From NCBI GenBank assembly GCA_016716005.1, contig JADJXE010000001.1:2167733-2231732 (forward strand): 64,000 nucleotides of DNA. The letters are read 5' to 3'. A model generated the notes under the pieces. It worked only from the letters and a program-made list of their open reading frames with translations. It was not told the origin of the DNA and did not search any database. The DNA is from Acidimicrobiales bacterium (lineage in GTDB: Bacteria > Actinomycetota > Acidimicrobiia > Acidimicrobiales > JADJXE01). Shown piece after piece: positions 11,440-21,037 of this stretch (position 1 is its first letter; each line of letters starts with the position of its first letter). Both the position numbers and the translations under genes were made by a program.

Positions 11440-11913
11440 TCAGCCCGGATCGAGCGCGGCCACGACCTGCTCGAGCAACCAGCCCAGGTAGACGTACACG
11501 GCGAGCAGCGGGCCGTCGGGGTCGTCGGGGTCGAGCGCGAGCTCGGTCCCCTCCGAGACGTCGAGCCGGGTGCCGAGGACGAGCCGGAGGTCGTTGATGG
11601 CACCCATGCACACGACCAGCTGCTGCTCGTCGAGCCGGTCGGCGCCCAGGGTCTCCTCCAGCACGTCGAGCGCGTCGAGGCGCCGCCGGAGGAGCTCGTC
11701 GCCCATCAGCCGCTGGTACTCGGCGTCGCGCTCGGCGTCGTCGGGGTAGGCGGTGGGGTAGAGGCGGCGCAGCGACGGGTCGCCGCCCATCACGAGCAGC
11801 TCGCGCAGCTGTGGCACCAGCGAGGCCAGCACCCGGCGCTCCGACTCGGGGAGGCGGATCTCGAACTCGCCCTGGCGGGTCCGGCGGATCCTCCGCCGCG
11901 GGAACGGGGTCAT
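11440..11913 (-). CDS. DUF2017-like protein (conserved ClpS neighbour)
   Basis: Start [29 protein letters not shown]... Acidic C-terminal half. ATGA overlap with the clpS stop. The clpS-DUF2017 pairing is typical of Actinomycetota (from memory). Confidence 0.65.
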   Translation of the reverse strand: MTPFPRRRIRRTRQGEFEIRLPESERRVLASLVPQLRELLVMGGDPSLRRLYPTAYPDDAERDAEYQRLMGDELLRRRLDALDVLEETLGADRLDEQQLVVCMGAINDLRLVLGTRLDVSEGTELALDPDDPDGPLLAVYVYLGWLLEQVVAALDPG

Positions 11914-12215
11914 GTGTCGTGCTGCATGGTGGCCCAGAGGCCGTGCTCGTGGAGCCGGAAGACGTCGAGCTCGGCCTTCTCGCGGGAGCCGCTCGACACC
12001 ACCGCCCGACCCTTCTCGTGGACGTCGAGCATCAGCCGGGTCGCGGTGGGCTTGTCGTAGCCGAACAGCTTCTGGAACACGTAGACGACGTAGGACATGA
12101 GGTTGATGGGGTCGTTCCAGACCAGCACGATCCAGGGGAGGTCGGGGTCGGCGGTGGTGTCGCCGACCGGCGCCTCGATCTCCGCGGGAGCGGTGGACGG
12201 GCCGGGGGTGGGCAC
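11910..12215 (-). CDS. clpS: ATP-dependent Clp protease adaptor ClpS
   Basis: GTG start, 101 aa, with [47 protein letters not shown], a characteristic ClpS core. Confidence 0.9.
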   Translation of the reverse strand: MPTPGPSTAPAEIEAPVGDTTADPDLPWIVLVWNDPINLMSYVVYVFQKLFGYDKPTATRLMLDVHEKGRAVVSSGSREKAELDVFRLHEHGLWATMQHDT

Positions 12216-12308
12216 GGCACCAGTGTCCCGCGCGTCCCCGGGCCCGACCAGTGCTCCGACCTGCACACGTTGAGCAGCGACCGCGTGGCCCCGTACCATC
12301 CACTCCGT

Positions 12309-13277
12309 ATGGCCCGGCCCGGTCGCCCCCTCGTGCCCTCTCGCCTGGCACACGGCGGCGGGTCGTCCCGGTCGACAGGGGCGCGGGCACCGGCCGCCCG
12401 CCGCCCGCGGGGCCGGGTGGCGGCCTACGTCGCCCTCACCAAGCCCCGCATCATCGAGCTCCTGCTCATCACGACGGTGCCGACGATGGTGGTGGCCCAG
12501 CAGGGCCTCCCCTCGCTCGGCCTGGTGCTGGCCACGCTGGTCGGCGGCACCCTCGCCGCCGGGGGCGCCAACGCGGTGAACATGTACATCGACCGCGACA
12601 TCGACCGGGTCATGCACCGCACCAAGGGCCGTCCGCTGGCGACCGGCGAGCTGGAGCCTCGCCGCGCCCTCCTCTTCGCCCTGGCGCTCGAGGTCGTCGC
12701 CTTCGCCGTGCTGTACGGGTTCGTGAACCTGCTCAGCGCCGCGCTGGCCCTGGGCGCCATGCTCTTCTACGTCTTCGTCTACTCGCTGTGGCTGAAGCGG
12801 ACGTCGCGGCAGAACATCGTCATCGGCGGTGCCGCCGGTGCCGTCCCGGTCCTCATCGGATGGTCGGCCGTCACCGATGGCCTGGGCTGGGCCCCCTGGG
12901 TGCTGTTCGCCCTGATGTTCTTCTGGACGCCACCCCACTTCTGGGCGCTCGCCATCCGCTACACCGACGATTACCGGGCGGCCGACGTGCCGATGCTCCC
13001 CGTGGTCGCCAGCCTCCGACACACCGCAAGCCAGATCCTGGCCTACACGGTGGTCGTGTTCGCCCTGTCGCTGGTGTTCGCGCCGGTCGCGGACCTGGGC
13101 TGGATCTACCTCGGCACCGCCCTCGCCGTCGGGCTGTTGTTCACCGCGCTCGCCGTCGATCTGCGCCGCGAGCCCACGGCCGGCCGAGCCATGCGACTGT
13201 TCACCTTCTCCATCTCCTACGTCACCGTGCTGTTCCTGGCCATGGCGGTCGACGTGCTCGTCCGCCACGGCTGGTGA
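12309..13277 (+). CDS. ctaB: protoheme IX farnesyltransferase (heme O synthase)
   Basis: [40 protein letters not shown] and [12 protein letters not shown] motifs. Start at ATG 12309, or GTG 12417. Confidence 0.9.
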   Translation: MARPGRPLVPSRLAHGGGSSRSTGARAPAARRPRGRVAAYVALTKPRIIELLLITTVPTMVVAQQGLPSLGLVLATLVGGTLAAGGANAVNMYIDRDIDRVMHRTKGRPLATGELEPRRALLFALALEVVAFAVLYGFVNLLSAALALGAMLFYVFVYSLWLKRTSRQNIVIGGAAGAVPVLIGWSAVTDGLGWAPWVLFALMFFWTPPHFWALAIRYTDDYRAADVPMLPVVASLRHTASQILAYTVVVFALSLVFAPVADLGWIYLGTALAVGLLFTALAVDLRREPTAGRAMRLFTFSISYVTVLFLAMAVDVLVRHGW

Positions 13278-13431
13278 CCAGCCGATCGGCTCACCACGAA
13301 CCCGGTTCGAAGGGGGTCGCGGCGGCTGACTAGAGTCGCCGCCGAACCGTCCGTCAGCTCGAACTCGCCGGTCCGGCCCTCTCCCCAGGGGCACCCGGGG
13401 CGGCCATCGGCCCGCTGAGGTCCACCTGCCC

Positions 13432-15057
13432 ATGACGATGACCGAGATGAGACCCGAGGAGGTGGCGGCCCCTGTGGCCGCGCCACCCCCTGAACCGGAG
13501 GTGCTGGCCCAGCCGGCCGGTCTGGCGGGCTGGCTCACCACCACCGACCACAAGCGGATCGGCCTGCTGTATGTGGTCACCGGTCTGCTGTTCCTGCTGG
13601 GGATGCTCGTGCTCACCGGCATCGTCGGCGTCGAGCAGGCCGACCCGGCCACGGGCACGCTGGTCGCGCCCGTCGGCGCCGTCGGCCAGGTCGCCTCTCT
13701 CGCCGCCATCGGCCTCGTGCTCACCGCCGTGGTGCCGATCTGGCTGGGCCTGGCCACCTACCTGGTGCCGCTCCAGGTCGGGGCCCACGGCATCGCCTAC
13801 CCGCGGGCCGCGGCCGCCGGCTACTGGGGCTACCTCCTGTCGGCCTCGCTGCTCCTCGCCAGCTACGCGATGAACGGCGGCCCGGGAGGAGGTGACCCGG
13901 ACGGCGTCGAGCTGTTCCTGCTCGCCCTCGGCCTCCTGGCCGTGTCGCTGCTGCTCGGCTCGATCTGCATCGCGACCACGGCCCTCACCATGCGGGTCGC
14001 CGGGATGGACCTGCGCCAGGTGCCGTTCCAGACCTGGTCGGCGCTGGTGGGCGCGGTGATGCTCATGGTGACCCTGCCCGTGCTCGTCGCGGAGCTGGTC
14101 CTGCTCTACCTCGACCACCACTACGGGCAGGTCTTCCTCGGGGGTGCCGACGGCGTCCTCGGCTACCTCGGGTGGCTGTTCCTGCAGCCGCAGGTGCTGC
14201 TGTTCGCCCTGCCCGCCGTCGGGGTGGTCGCCGACGTGGTGCCCGTGTTCGCGGGCCAGCGCCAGAAGAGCCCCGGGGTGATCCTGGTGGCGATCGGCGC
14301 GCTCGGCGTGCTGGGCTTCGGGGCGTTCCTCCAGACCGGCCTGATCCCCGACGTGCGGACGCAGCCGCTCGCCATCGGCATGACGGTGGCCGCGGTCGTG
14401 CCGGTGCTGGTGCTCCTCGGGCTGTGGGGGCGCACGCTGGCCGCCGGCGCAGCTGCGGCGCGCCTCACGCCCGCACTGCTCTTCGCCCTCACCACCGCCG
14501 CGTTCCTCCTGGTGGCGGTGGCGTGCGGCGCCGTCACCGTGATCGACCCGTTCGACCTTCGGGGCACCACCTGGGACACGGCGGTGCTGTACGCCTTCGT
14601 CGTGGGGGTGGGGGTCACCGGCGCCTTCACGGCCCTGCACTTCTGGGTGCCCAAGATGTCCGGCAGGAAGCTGAGCGTGGGCGCGGCCGCCGCGCAGTGG
14701 TTCGCCGTGCTGCTGGGCGGCCTGCTGCTCGTGGTCCCGTCGCTGATCACCGGCGGGCTCGGACAGCCGGCGGGTGCCGTCGACTACCCGCGCGAGACTG
14801 CTTCGACGTTCCTCAACTCGCTCACCGTCGTCGGGGTGGTGCTGCTGCTGCTCGCCCTGGCGGTGCTGCTGATCGACCTGTTCCGGACCGTGGCCGACCC
14901 GGCCAGCCCGCGCGCAGGGGCCGACCCCTGGCGCGGCCACACCCTCGAGTGGGCCACGTCGTCGCCGCCCCCCTTGGCCGACTTCGACGCCCCGCTTCCG
15001 GCCGTCACGTCCGACCGACCCGTGCTCGACGCCCGTGAGGCGGAGGCCGCGCGATGA
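13432..15057 (+). CDS. cytochrome c oxidase subunit I-like membrane protein lacking the canonical heme/CuB His ligands
   Basis: 541 aa, colinear with the genuine CtaD at 17941 ([47 protein letters not shown]). GHPEVY is replaced by LQPQVL, WAHHMF by AFLQTG, and AHFHY is absent. There is no His in the helix II equivalent. Confidence 0.8.
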   Translation: MTMTEMRPEEVAAPVAAPPPEPEVLAQPAGLAGWLTTTDHKRIGLLYVVTGLLFLLGMLVLTGIVGVEQADPATGTLVAPVGAVGQVASLAAIGLVLTAVVPIWLGLATYLVPLQVGAHGIAYPRAAAAGYWGYLLSASLLLASYAMNGGPGGGDPDGVELFLLALGLLAVSLLLGSICIATTALTMRVAGMDLRQVPFQTWSALVGAVMLMVTLPVLVAELVLLYLDHHYGQVFLGGADGVLGYLGWLFLQPQVLLFALPAVGVVADVVPVFAGQRQKSPGVILVAIGALGVLGFGAFLQTGLIPDVRTQPLAIGMTVAAVVPVLVLLGLWGRTLAAGAAAARLTPALLFALTTAAFLLVAVACGAVTVIDPFDLRGTTWDTAVLYAFVVGVGVTGAFTALHFWVPKMSGRKLSVGAAAAQWFAVLLGGLLLVVPSLITGGLGQPAGAVDYPRETASTFLNSLTVVGVVLLLLALAVLLIDLFRTVADPASPRAGADPWRGHTLEWATSSPPPLADFDAPLPAVTSDRPVLDAREAEAAR

Positions 15058-15659
15058 CCGACACGAGCGACGTCCTGCTGGCCCTGCCCCCGGCCGCTCG
15101 GCCGGCGCGGCCCCGCACCCAGCTGGTGGCCACGGCGCTGGCCGTGGCCGGCGGCGCCATGCTGATCGGCGGGCTGCTCGCCATCTACCTGCACCTGCGC
15201 AGCGCCGCCGGTGGCACCACGGCCTCGTGGCTCCCCGCCGGCGTCTCGATCCCCGGCGTGCCCGCGAACATGGCGCTCGTCACCATCGTGATGACGGTGA
15301 TCACGATGCAGTGGGCGGTCTACGCCATCGCGCGCAACGACCGGCGCAACACCTACGTGGCCCTCGGCCTCACCCTGCTGCTCGGCGTGGCCTTCATCAA
15401 CAACATGGCCTTCGTCTACCAGCGGCTCGAGCTGCCCATCGCCGACTCGGCCTACGCGGTGCTCGTGTACGCCATCACCGGCACGCAGCTGGCGCTGTTC
15501 GTGGCGGCCATGGTCTACGCGGGGGTCGCCGCCTTCCGGGCGCTCGGTGGCGAGTACTCGTCCCGGCAGCCCGAGGGCCTGGCCGCCGCCGCCCTGTTCT
15601 GGCACTTCACCGTCGTCGCCTTCGCCGTGATCTGGGCGTTGGTGTTCGCTCTCAAGTAG
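15054..15659 (+). CDS. cytochrome c oxidase subunit III-like membrane protein (divergent paralogue)
   Basis: 201 aa, colinear with the genuine CtaE at 19937 (LFWHFTVVAFAVIWALVF versus LYWHFVDIVWIVIFTVVY). TGFHGVHV is replaced by TGTQLALF. The ATGA overlap with the preceding ORF implies translational coupling. Confidence 0.75.
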   Translation: MTDTSDVLLALPPAARPARPRTQLVATALAVAGGAMLIGGLLAIYLHLRSAAGGTTASWLPAGVSIPGVPANMALVTIVMTVITMQWAVYAIARNDRRNTYVALGLTLLLGVAFINNMAFVYQRLELPIADSAYAVLVYAITGTQLALFVAAMVYAGVAAFRALGGEYSSRQPEGLAAAALFWHFTVVAFAVIWALVFALK

Positions 15660-15668
15660 GCGCCGCAG

Positions 15669-16736
15669 ATGACCAGCACCGGGATCTTCACGACGGGATC
15701 GAAGCTCTTCTTCGGCATCGCCGCCGCGGCTCTCGCCGGCCTCGTGGTCTGGGGCGTCGGCGCCGACTGGGATCCGCTCGGCAACGTGGCCTTCATCGGA
15801 CTGGCCGCGGCGTCCGGCTTCCTCGGCGGGACCATCATCGCCTTCCGCGACGCCGGTGCCACCGCCGTCGCCGGCGCGCCGGTCACGGCGGCGTCGGGCG
15901 GCCCGGCCGCCTCACCCATCCCCTGGCCCCTGGTCGCTGCGTTCGCCGTGGCCGTGGCGGTGCTCGGCCTGGTCACCGAGCCGCTGGTGCTGATCGGGGG
16001 CCTCGTGCTGCTCGGCATCTCGGTGCTCGAGTGGATGGTGGCCGCCTGGGCCGACGACCTGTCTTCGGACCCCGCGTACAACCGCTCGGTGCGGAACCGG
16101 GTGATGTACCCGATCGAGGTCCCGGTCGCGGCGGTGCTGGTCGCCGCGGTGGTGATCATCGGCTTCTCCCGGCTGCTGCTGGCCATGCCCAAGACCGGTT
16201 CCACCACGGTGTTCGGGATCCTGGGCGCCATCGTGTTCTTCATCGGGATCATGGTCTCGCTGCGCCCGCGCATCAGCGCCAACGTGGTGAGCGTCCTGCT
16301 CGTGGTGGGCGGCATCGGGATCCTCGCGGCCGGCGTCACCGGCGCCGCGGTGGGCGAGCGGGAGATCTCCGCCCACCCCGAGGAGTGGGAGCGCACGGCC
16401 ACCGTCGCCGACATGGCCGCCGCCGATGCCGTGATCGTGCTGAAGGACGGCGAGTTCGACCTCACGCGGATCGAGATCCCCAGGGCGACCACGGTCACCT
16501 TCATCTTCCAGAACGAGGACGAGGCCGAGGCCAACCTCCACCTGCTCGTCGACGGCGACCCGGCCACGCCGCTGCGCACGGGCCCGGTGGCGCAGTCGCT
16601 GACCTTCCGCATCGACATCCCCGGCGAGTACGAGTTCGTGAACGACGCCGACCCCGAGAACGACCGCGGCACCATCGTCGTCATCGGCACCCCACCGAGC
16701 GTCACGACGACCACGACCGCGGCGTCGTCGAACTGA
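15669..16736 (+). CDS. polytopic membrane protein with CtaF-like hairpin and C-terminal cupredoxin-like domain lacking Cu ligands
   Basis: 355 aa. PIPWPLVAAFAVAVAVLGLV...LLGISVLEW resembles the CtaF-like hairpin at the CtaD C-terminus. The C-terminus FDLTRIEIPRATTVTFIFQNED...NLHLLV...PGEYEFVNDADPENDRGTIVV follows the cupredoxin strand pattern but has no Cys/His/Met loop. Confidence 0.65.
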   Translation: MTSTGIFTTGSKLFFGIAAAALAGLVVWGVGADWDPLGNVAFIGLAAASGFLGGTIIAFRDAGATAVAGAPVTAASGGPAASPIPWPLVAAFAVAVAVLGLVTEPLVLIGGLVLLGISVLEWMVAAWADDLSSDPAYNRSVRNRVMYPIEVPVAAVLVAAVVIIGFSRLLLAMPKTGSTTVFGILGAIVFFIGIMVSLRPRISANVVSVLLVVGGIGILAAGVTGAAVGEREISAHPEEWERTATVADMAAADAVIVLKDGEFDLTRIEIPRATTVTFIFQNEDEAEANLHLLVDGDPATPLRTGPVAQSLTFRIDIPGEYEFVNDADPENDRGTIVVIGTPPSVTTTTTAASSN

Positions 16737-16842
16737 GGGGCTGGACTTGGTGCGCCCCCGAACCATGAGCGATGCTCGTTGGATCACGGCGAGCCGGCCC
16801 CCGGCCGGTGCGCCCCGGACACAGCGAAGGACGGGAGATCAG

Positions 16843-17922
16843 ATGTCGCGTCGTCGTGACGCCCGCCGGTGGCTGCTGGCCGTCGGCGTCGGGCTGGTGC
16901 TCGTGCTCACGGCCTGTGCCGAGGACGCTCCCCAGGACACCCTCCAGCCCAAGGGCCCCGAGGCGCAGACGATCCACAACCTGATCGTGCCGATCTTCGT
17001 GGTTGCCGGCGTCGTCGGCCTCCTCGTCTTCGCCGCCGTCGCGTTCGTGATGGTGAAGTACCGCGCCGGCAAGTTCCACGCCACCGACGTCCCCGAGCAG
17101 GTGCACGGCAACCCGAAGCTCGAGATCGGCTGGACCATCCTCCCGGCGATCATCATGGCGGCCATCGCCGTGCCGACCGTGAGCGTGATCTTCGACCTGG
17201 CGTCGAAGCCCACGGATGCCATGGAGATCAACGTCGTGGGCCAGCAGTGGTGGTGGGAGTTCGACTACCCGGGCACCAACGTCGTCACCGCCAACGAGAT
17301 CGTGATCCCTGCGGGTGAGCCGGTCGTGGTGAACATCACGTCGCGCGACGTCATCCACTCGTTCTGGGTCCCCGGCCTCAACGGCAAGAAGGACGCCGTA
17401 CCGGGACGCACCTCCAGCATCACGATCCAGGCCGACGAGCCCGGCCGCTACATGGGCGCGTGCACCGAGTACTGCGGCCTCTCGCACGCCAACATGCGCA
17501 TCGTGGCCGTGGCCCTCACGCCCGACGACTTCGACGAGTGGCTCGCGAACCAGGAGACGGCGGCGGCCGCGCCCACCGGCGCCGACGCCCGGGCCGGCCT
17601 CGAGGTCTTCAACGGCCGCGGCTGCGGCGCCTGCCACATGATCGACGGTGCGGGCGTCACCCAGCAGCCGCAGGTGGTGCCGCTGGTGTCGGGTGTCGCG
17701 CCGAACCTCACGCACCTCATGAGCCGCGACGTGTTCGCCGGGGCCATGTTCCCGCTGAAGAACCCCGACGGCACGCTCAACCGTCCGCTGCTCGAGGCCT
17801 GGCTGCGCAACTCGCCGGCCATGAAGCCCATGTATCCGCAGGGGGGGCGGGGCATGCCCGCCCAGGGCCTCACCGAGCAGCAGATCGACGACCTCGTCGC
17901 CTACCTGTCCACGCTGAAGTAG
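16843..17922 (+). CDS. ctaC: cytochrome c oxidase subunit II with fused C-terminal cytochrome c domain (caa3 type), lipoprotein
   Basis: ATG after the GAAGGACGGGAG RBS. Lipobox LVLVLTAC. CuA motif HSFWVP...CTEYCGLSHANM. Heme c motif CGACH with a downstream MP. Confidence 0.93.
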   Translation: MSRRRDARRWLLAVGVGLVLVLTACAEDAPQDTLQPKGPEAQTIHNLIVPIFVVAGVVGLLVFAAVAFVMVKYRAGKFHATDVPEQVHGNPKLEIGWTILPAIIMAAIAVPTVSVIFDLASKPTDAMEINVVGQQWWWEFDYPGTNVVTANEIVIPAGEPVVVNITSRDVIHSFWVPGLNGKKDAVPGRTSSITIQADEPGRYMGACTEYCGLSHANMRIVAVALTPDDFDEWLANQETAAAAPTGADARAGLEVFNGRGCGACHMIDGAGVTQQPQVVPLVSGVAPNLTHLMSRDVFAGAMFPLKNPDGTLNRPLLEAWLRNSPAMKPMYPQGGRGMPAQGLTEQQIDDLVAYLSTLK

Positions 17923-17940
17923 ACCAGGGAGCTTTGTCGC

Positions 17941-19929
17941 ATGGCCATCGTCGAGCAGGACCGCCCCGCCGGCCCCCTCGCCCTCCCAGCGGGTGACGGG
18001 GAGCACCGCGAGCGCGAGCCGCTGGGCGTGTTCTCGCGGCCTGTCCACGCGCGCGGCTGGCGCAGCTGGCTGTTCACCGTCGACCACAAGCGCATCGGGA
18101 TCATGTACGGCGCCGCTGCGCTGTTCTTCCTGATCCTGGGCGGCGTCCCCGCCCTGCTGATCCGGGCCCAGCTGGCCGGACCGAACGGCACCGTGCTCAC
18201 CGCCGACCAGTACAACCAGGTGATGACGATGCACGGCACGGTGATGATCTTCCTGGTCGTCATGCCCATCGGTGCCTGCTTCATCAACTACCTGGTGCCG
18301 CTGCAGATCGGCGCCCGCGACGTGGCCTTCCCCCGGCTGAACGCCCTCAGCTTCTGGACGTTCCTGTTCGGGGGGCTGTTCCTGAACCTCAGCTGGATCC
18401 TGGGCGGCGCGCCCGACGGCGGGTGGTTCTCGTACGCGCCCAACACCGGGGTGGTCTTCTCGCCCACGCACGGCATGGACTTCTGGGCGCTCACCATCAT
18501 CATCACCGGCATCGCCTCGTCGGTCGGCGCCGTCAACCTGATCGTGACGATGCTCAACATGCGGGCGCCGGGCATGTCGCTGATGCGGATGCCGATCTTC
18601 ACGTGGATGGCGCTGGTCACGCAGTTCCTGCTGCTGTTCGCCATCCCCGTGCTGACCGTGGCGGCCTTCCTGCTCTTCTTCGACCGCCGCTTCGGGGCCA
18701 ACTTCTTCGACGTGTCCCAGGGCGCCGACCCGCTGCTGTGGCAGCACCTGTTCTGGATCTTCGGGCACCCCGAGGTGTACCTGATGATCCTCCCGGCGTT
18801 CGGGATCGTGTCCGAGGTCCTGCCGGTCTTCGCCCGCAAGCCGCTGTTCGGCTACCCGTTCGTGGTGTTCTCGGGCGTCGCCATCGCCTTCATGGGCTTC
18901 GGGGTGTGGGCCCACCACATGTTCGCCTCCGGCCTCGGTCCCGTGTCGGTGGCCGCGTTCGCCCTGGCCACCATGTTCATCGCCGTGCCCACCGGCGTGA
19001 AGATCATCAACTGGGTGGCCACCATGTGGGGCGGCCGGCTGAAGTTCGACCCGGCGATGCTCTTCGCCATCGCCCTCGTGCTGCAGTTCACCCTCGGCGG
19101 GCTCTCGGGCGTCACCCACGCCATCGCCCCGGCCGACACCCAGCAGACCGACACCTACTACATCGTCGCCCACTTCCACTACGTGCTGTTCGGCGGCGCC
19201 CTGTTCGGGTTCGTGGCCGGTTGGTACTTCTGGTGGCCGAAGGTGTTCGGCTACAAGCTCAACCGCACCCTGGGTCTCGTGCACTTCTGGTGGATGGTGA
19301 TCGGCTTCAACCTGACCTTCGGGTTCATGCACATCCTCGGCCTGCAGGGCATGCCCCGACGCATCTACACCTACGCCGACGGCATGGGCTGGAACCTGTG
19401 GAACATGGTCAGCACGGCCGGCGCGTTCATCCTGGCGACCAGCTTCATCGTCTTCTTCGTCAACATCTTCGTGAGCCGAAAGCACAAGACCCACGAGGTC
19501 GACCCGTGGGACGCTCGATCGATCGAGTGGATGACGTCGTCGCCGCCGCCGGCCCACAACTTCGACGAGATCCCGGTGGTGCACCACCTCGACGAGTTCT
19601 GGTACCGCAAGTACGCGGAGGACGACGACGGCCAGCTCGTCCAGATCGCCACCGGCGACGAGGTGTACCGCAAGGAGCTGGCGCAGGCCGAGCAGGACCA
19701 CGCGGCCGAGCACATGCACATGCCGTCGGTGTCGTACTGGCCGATCGTGTTCTCGGCCGGACTCCCGCTCGTCGGGCTGGGCATGATCTTCAACCTTGGG
19801 CTGGCCGTGCTCGGCGGCCTGGTCTCGCTGGTCGCCCTGTTCGGCTGGGTGCTCGAGCCGTCCGTGGCCCCCGAGGACTCCCACGGACCCGCCCCGGCGA
19901 GCGAGGAGGAGGCGGTCTCCGTTGGCTGA
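17941..19929 (+). CDS. ctaD: cytochrome c oxidase subunit I with C-terminal two-helix extension
   Basis: All canonical motifs are present: MTMHGTVMIF, WIFGHPEVY, WAHHMF, VAHFHYV. An extra ~120 aa follows PPPAHNFDEIP, containing HMPSVSYWPIVFSAGLPLVGLG... Confidence 0.95.
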   Translation: MAIVEQDRPAGPLALPAGDGEHREREPLGVFSRPVHARGWRSWLFTVDHKRIGIMYGAAALFFLILGGVPALLIRAQLAGPNGTVLTADQYNQVMTMHGTVMIFLVVMPIGACFINYLVPLQIGARDVAFPRLNALSFWTFLFGGLFLNLSWILGGAPDGGWFSYAPNTGVVFSPTHGMDFWALTIIITGIASSVGAVNLIVTMLNMRAPGMSLMRMPIFTWMALVTQFLLLFAIPVLTVAAFLLFFDRRFGANFFDVSQGADPLLWQHLFWIFGHPEVYLMILPAFGIVSEVLPVFARKPLFGYPFVVFSGVAIAFMGFGVWAHHMFASGLGPVSVAAFALATMFIAVPTGVKIINWVATMWGGRLKFDPAMLFAIALVLQFTLGGLSGVTHAIAPADTQQTDTYYIVAHFHYVLFGGALFGFVAGWYFWWPKVFGYKLNRTLGLVHFWWMVIGFNLTFGFMHILGLQGMPRRIYTYADGMGWNLWNMVSTAGAFILATSFIVFFVNIFVSRKHKTHEVDPWDARSIEWMTSSPPPAHNFDEIPVVHHLDEFWYRKYAEDDDGQLVQIATGDEVYRKELAQAEQDHAAEHMHMPSVSYWPIVFSAGLPLVGLGMIFNLGLAVLGGLVSLVALFGWVLEPSVAPEDSHGPAPASEEEAVSVG

Positions 19930-19936
19930 CACAGCG

Positions 19937-20554
19937 ATGCAGATGCCGGCCGCGTACGAGGTGGCCCCCGACGACTTCGGCGAGGGGCACCACACCACCA
20001 CGGGCCTGTCCAACACCAAGCTGGGCATGTGGGCGTTCCTCGGTTCGGAGTGCCTGCTGTTCGGTGGGCTCATCTCCACGTACATGCTCTACCGGGGCCG
20101 TGTGGCCGCCGGGCCCGGGCCCGAGGACGTGTTCGACATCCCGTTCACGTCGATCAGCTCGTTCGTGCTCCTCATGAGCTCGCTCACGATGGTGCTCGCC
20201 GTTGTGTCGATCGCCCAGGGAGACCTCAAGCGCTTCCGCACGTGGGTGCTGACCACCGCCTTCCTCGGGGCCGTCTTCGTGTCCGGGCAGGCCTACGAGT
20301 TCACGGTCTTCTACCGGGAGGGCCTGGGCTTCACCACCAGCCTGTTCAGCTCGTCCTTCTACGTGCTCACCGGGTTCCACGGTGTGCACGTCACCTTCGG
20401 CATCATGATGCTGCTGGCGCTGTTCGGGCTGTCCCTCCGGGGCCGGCTGGGCGTCGGGCAGGCCGAGACGGTCGAGATCGTCGGCCTCTACTGGCACTTC
20501 GTCGACATCGTGTGGATCGTGATCTTCACGGTCGTCTACCTGATCCCCGCCTAG
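19937..20554 (+). CDS. ctaE: cytochrome c oxidase subunit III
   Basis: Start MQMPAAYEV. Carries LGMWAFLGSECLLFGG, TGFHGVHVTFG and LYWHFVDIVW. Confidence 0.92.
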   Translation: MQMPAAYEVAPDDFGEGHHTTTGLSNTKLGMWAFLGSECLLFGGLISTYMLYRGRVAAGPGPEDVFDIPFTSISSFVLLMSSLTMVLAVVSIAQGDLKRFRTWVLTTAFLGAVFVSGQAYEFTVFYREGLGFTTSLFSSSFYVLTGFHGVHVTFGIMMLLALFGLSLRGRLGVGQAETVEIVGLYWHFVDIVWIVIFTVVYLIPA

Positions 20555-20561
20555 GAGCGCC

Positions 20562-20948
20562 ATGAGCACCGCCACCGAGACCGAGCAGCCCACCGAGACC
20601 GAGCAGCAGGGCCACCACGAGCCGCCGCCCGAGGCGGAGACCCACGGGTGGGAGATCGAACGGGCGCCGGGCGAGCACGCCCACCCGCCCCACGGCGAGT
20701 ACGTCAAGATCGCCGCCGTCCTGGCGGTGCTGACCGCGATCGAGATCGCGATCTCCTACGTCGACATCGGCCCGGTCTTCATCCCGGCGCTGATGGTGCT
20801 GATGGTGATCAAGTTCGCCCTGGTGGTGCTGTTCTTCATGCACCTGCGCTACGACGCCAAGATCTTCGGCCGGCTGTTCTGGGCCGGCGTCGGCTGCGCC
20901 GTCGCGGTGTACATCGTGATGCTCACCACGTTCCGCTTCTGGGGCTGA
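20562..20948 (+). CDS. ctaF: cytochrome c oxidase subunit IV (prokaryotic COX4/CtaF-type)
   Basis: 128 aa with YVKIAAVLAVLTAIEIAISY...VIKFALVVLFFMHLRYD, typical of small subunit IV. The N-terminus contains a TETEQ direct repeat. Confidence 0.8.
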   Translation: MSTATETEQPTETEQQGHHEPPPEAETHGWEIERAPGEHAHPPHGEYVKIAAVLAVLTAIEIAISYVDIGPVFIPALMVLMVIKFALVVLFFMHLRYDAKIFGRLFWAGVGCAVAVYIVMLTTFRFWG

Positions 20949-20997
20949 GCCGCTCCGCCCCTCCCTGCTCGAACACGGCACCCGGCACACGCGTCCA

Positions 20998-21019
20998 GGG
21001 CCGCCCTCCGGGGCGGCCC
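20998..21019. terminator. GC-rich hairpin between convergent ctaF and ABC-2 permease (candidate bidirectional terminator)
   Basis: GGGCCGCCC-TCCG-GGGCGGCCC is a perfect 9-bp stem with a 4-nt loop. No clear U-tract. Confidence 0.45.
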
Positions 21020-21037
21020 GGTCGCGAGACGGGGCGG

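Noticed and set aside
13278-13431. Weak hairpin (CGGCGGC...GCCGCCG) between ctaB and the CoxI-like gene, considered as a terminator separating operons.
   Set aside because: The stem is 7 bp with an 11-nt loop and no U-tract. That is insufficient to argue for or against co-transcription.
16702-20085. 1127-aa ORF antisense to ctaC/ctaD/ctaE.
   Set aside because: The composition is Arg/Gly/Pro/His-rich and low complexity, with no motifs. It lies exactly opposite strongly recognisable oxidase genes. This is a typical high-GC shadow frame.
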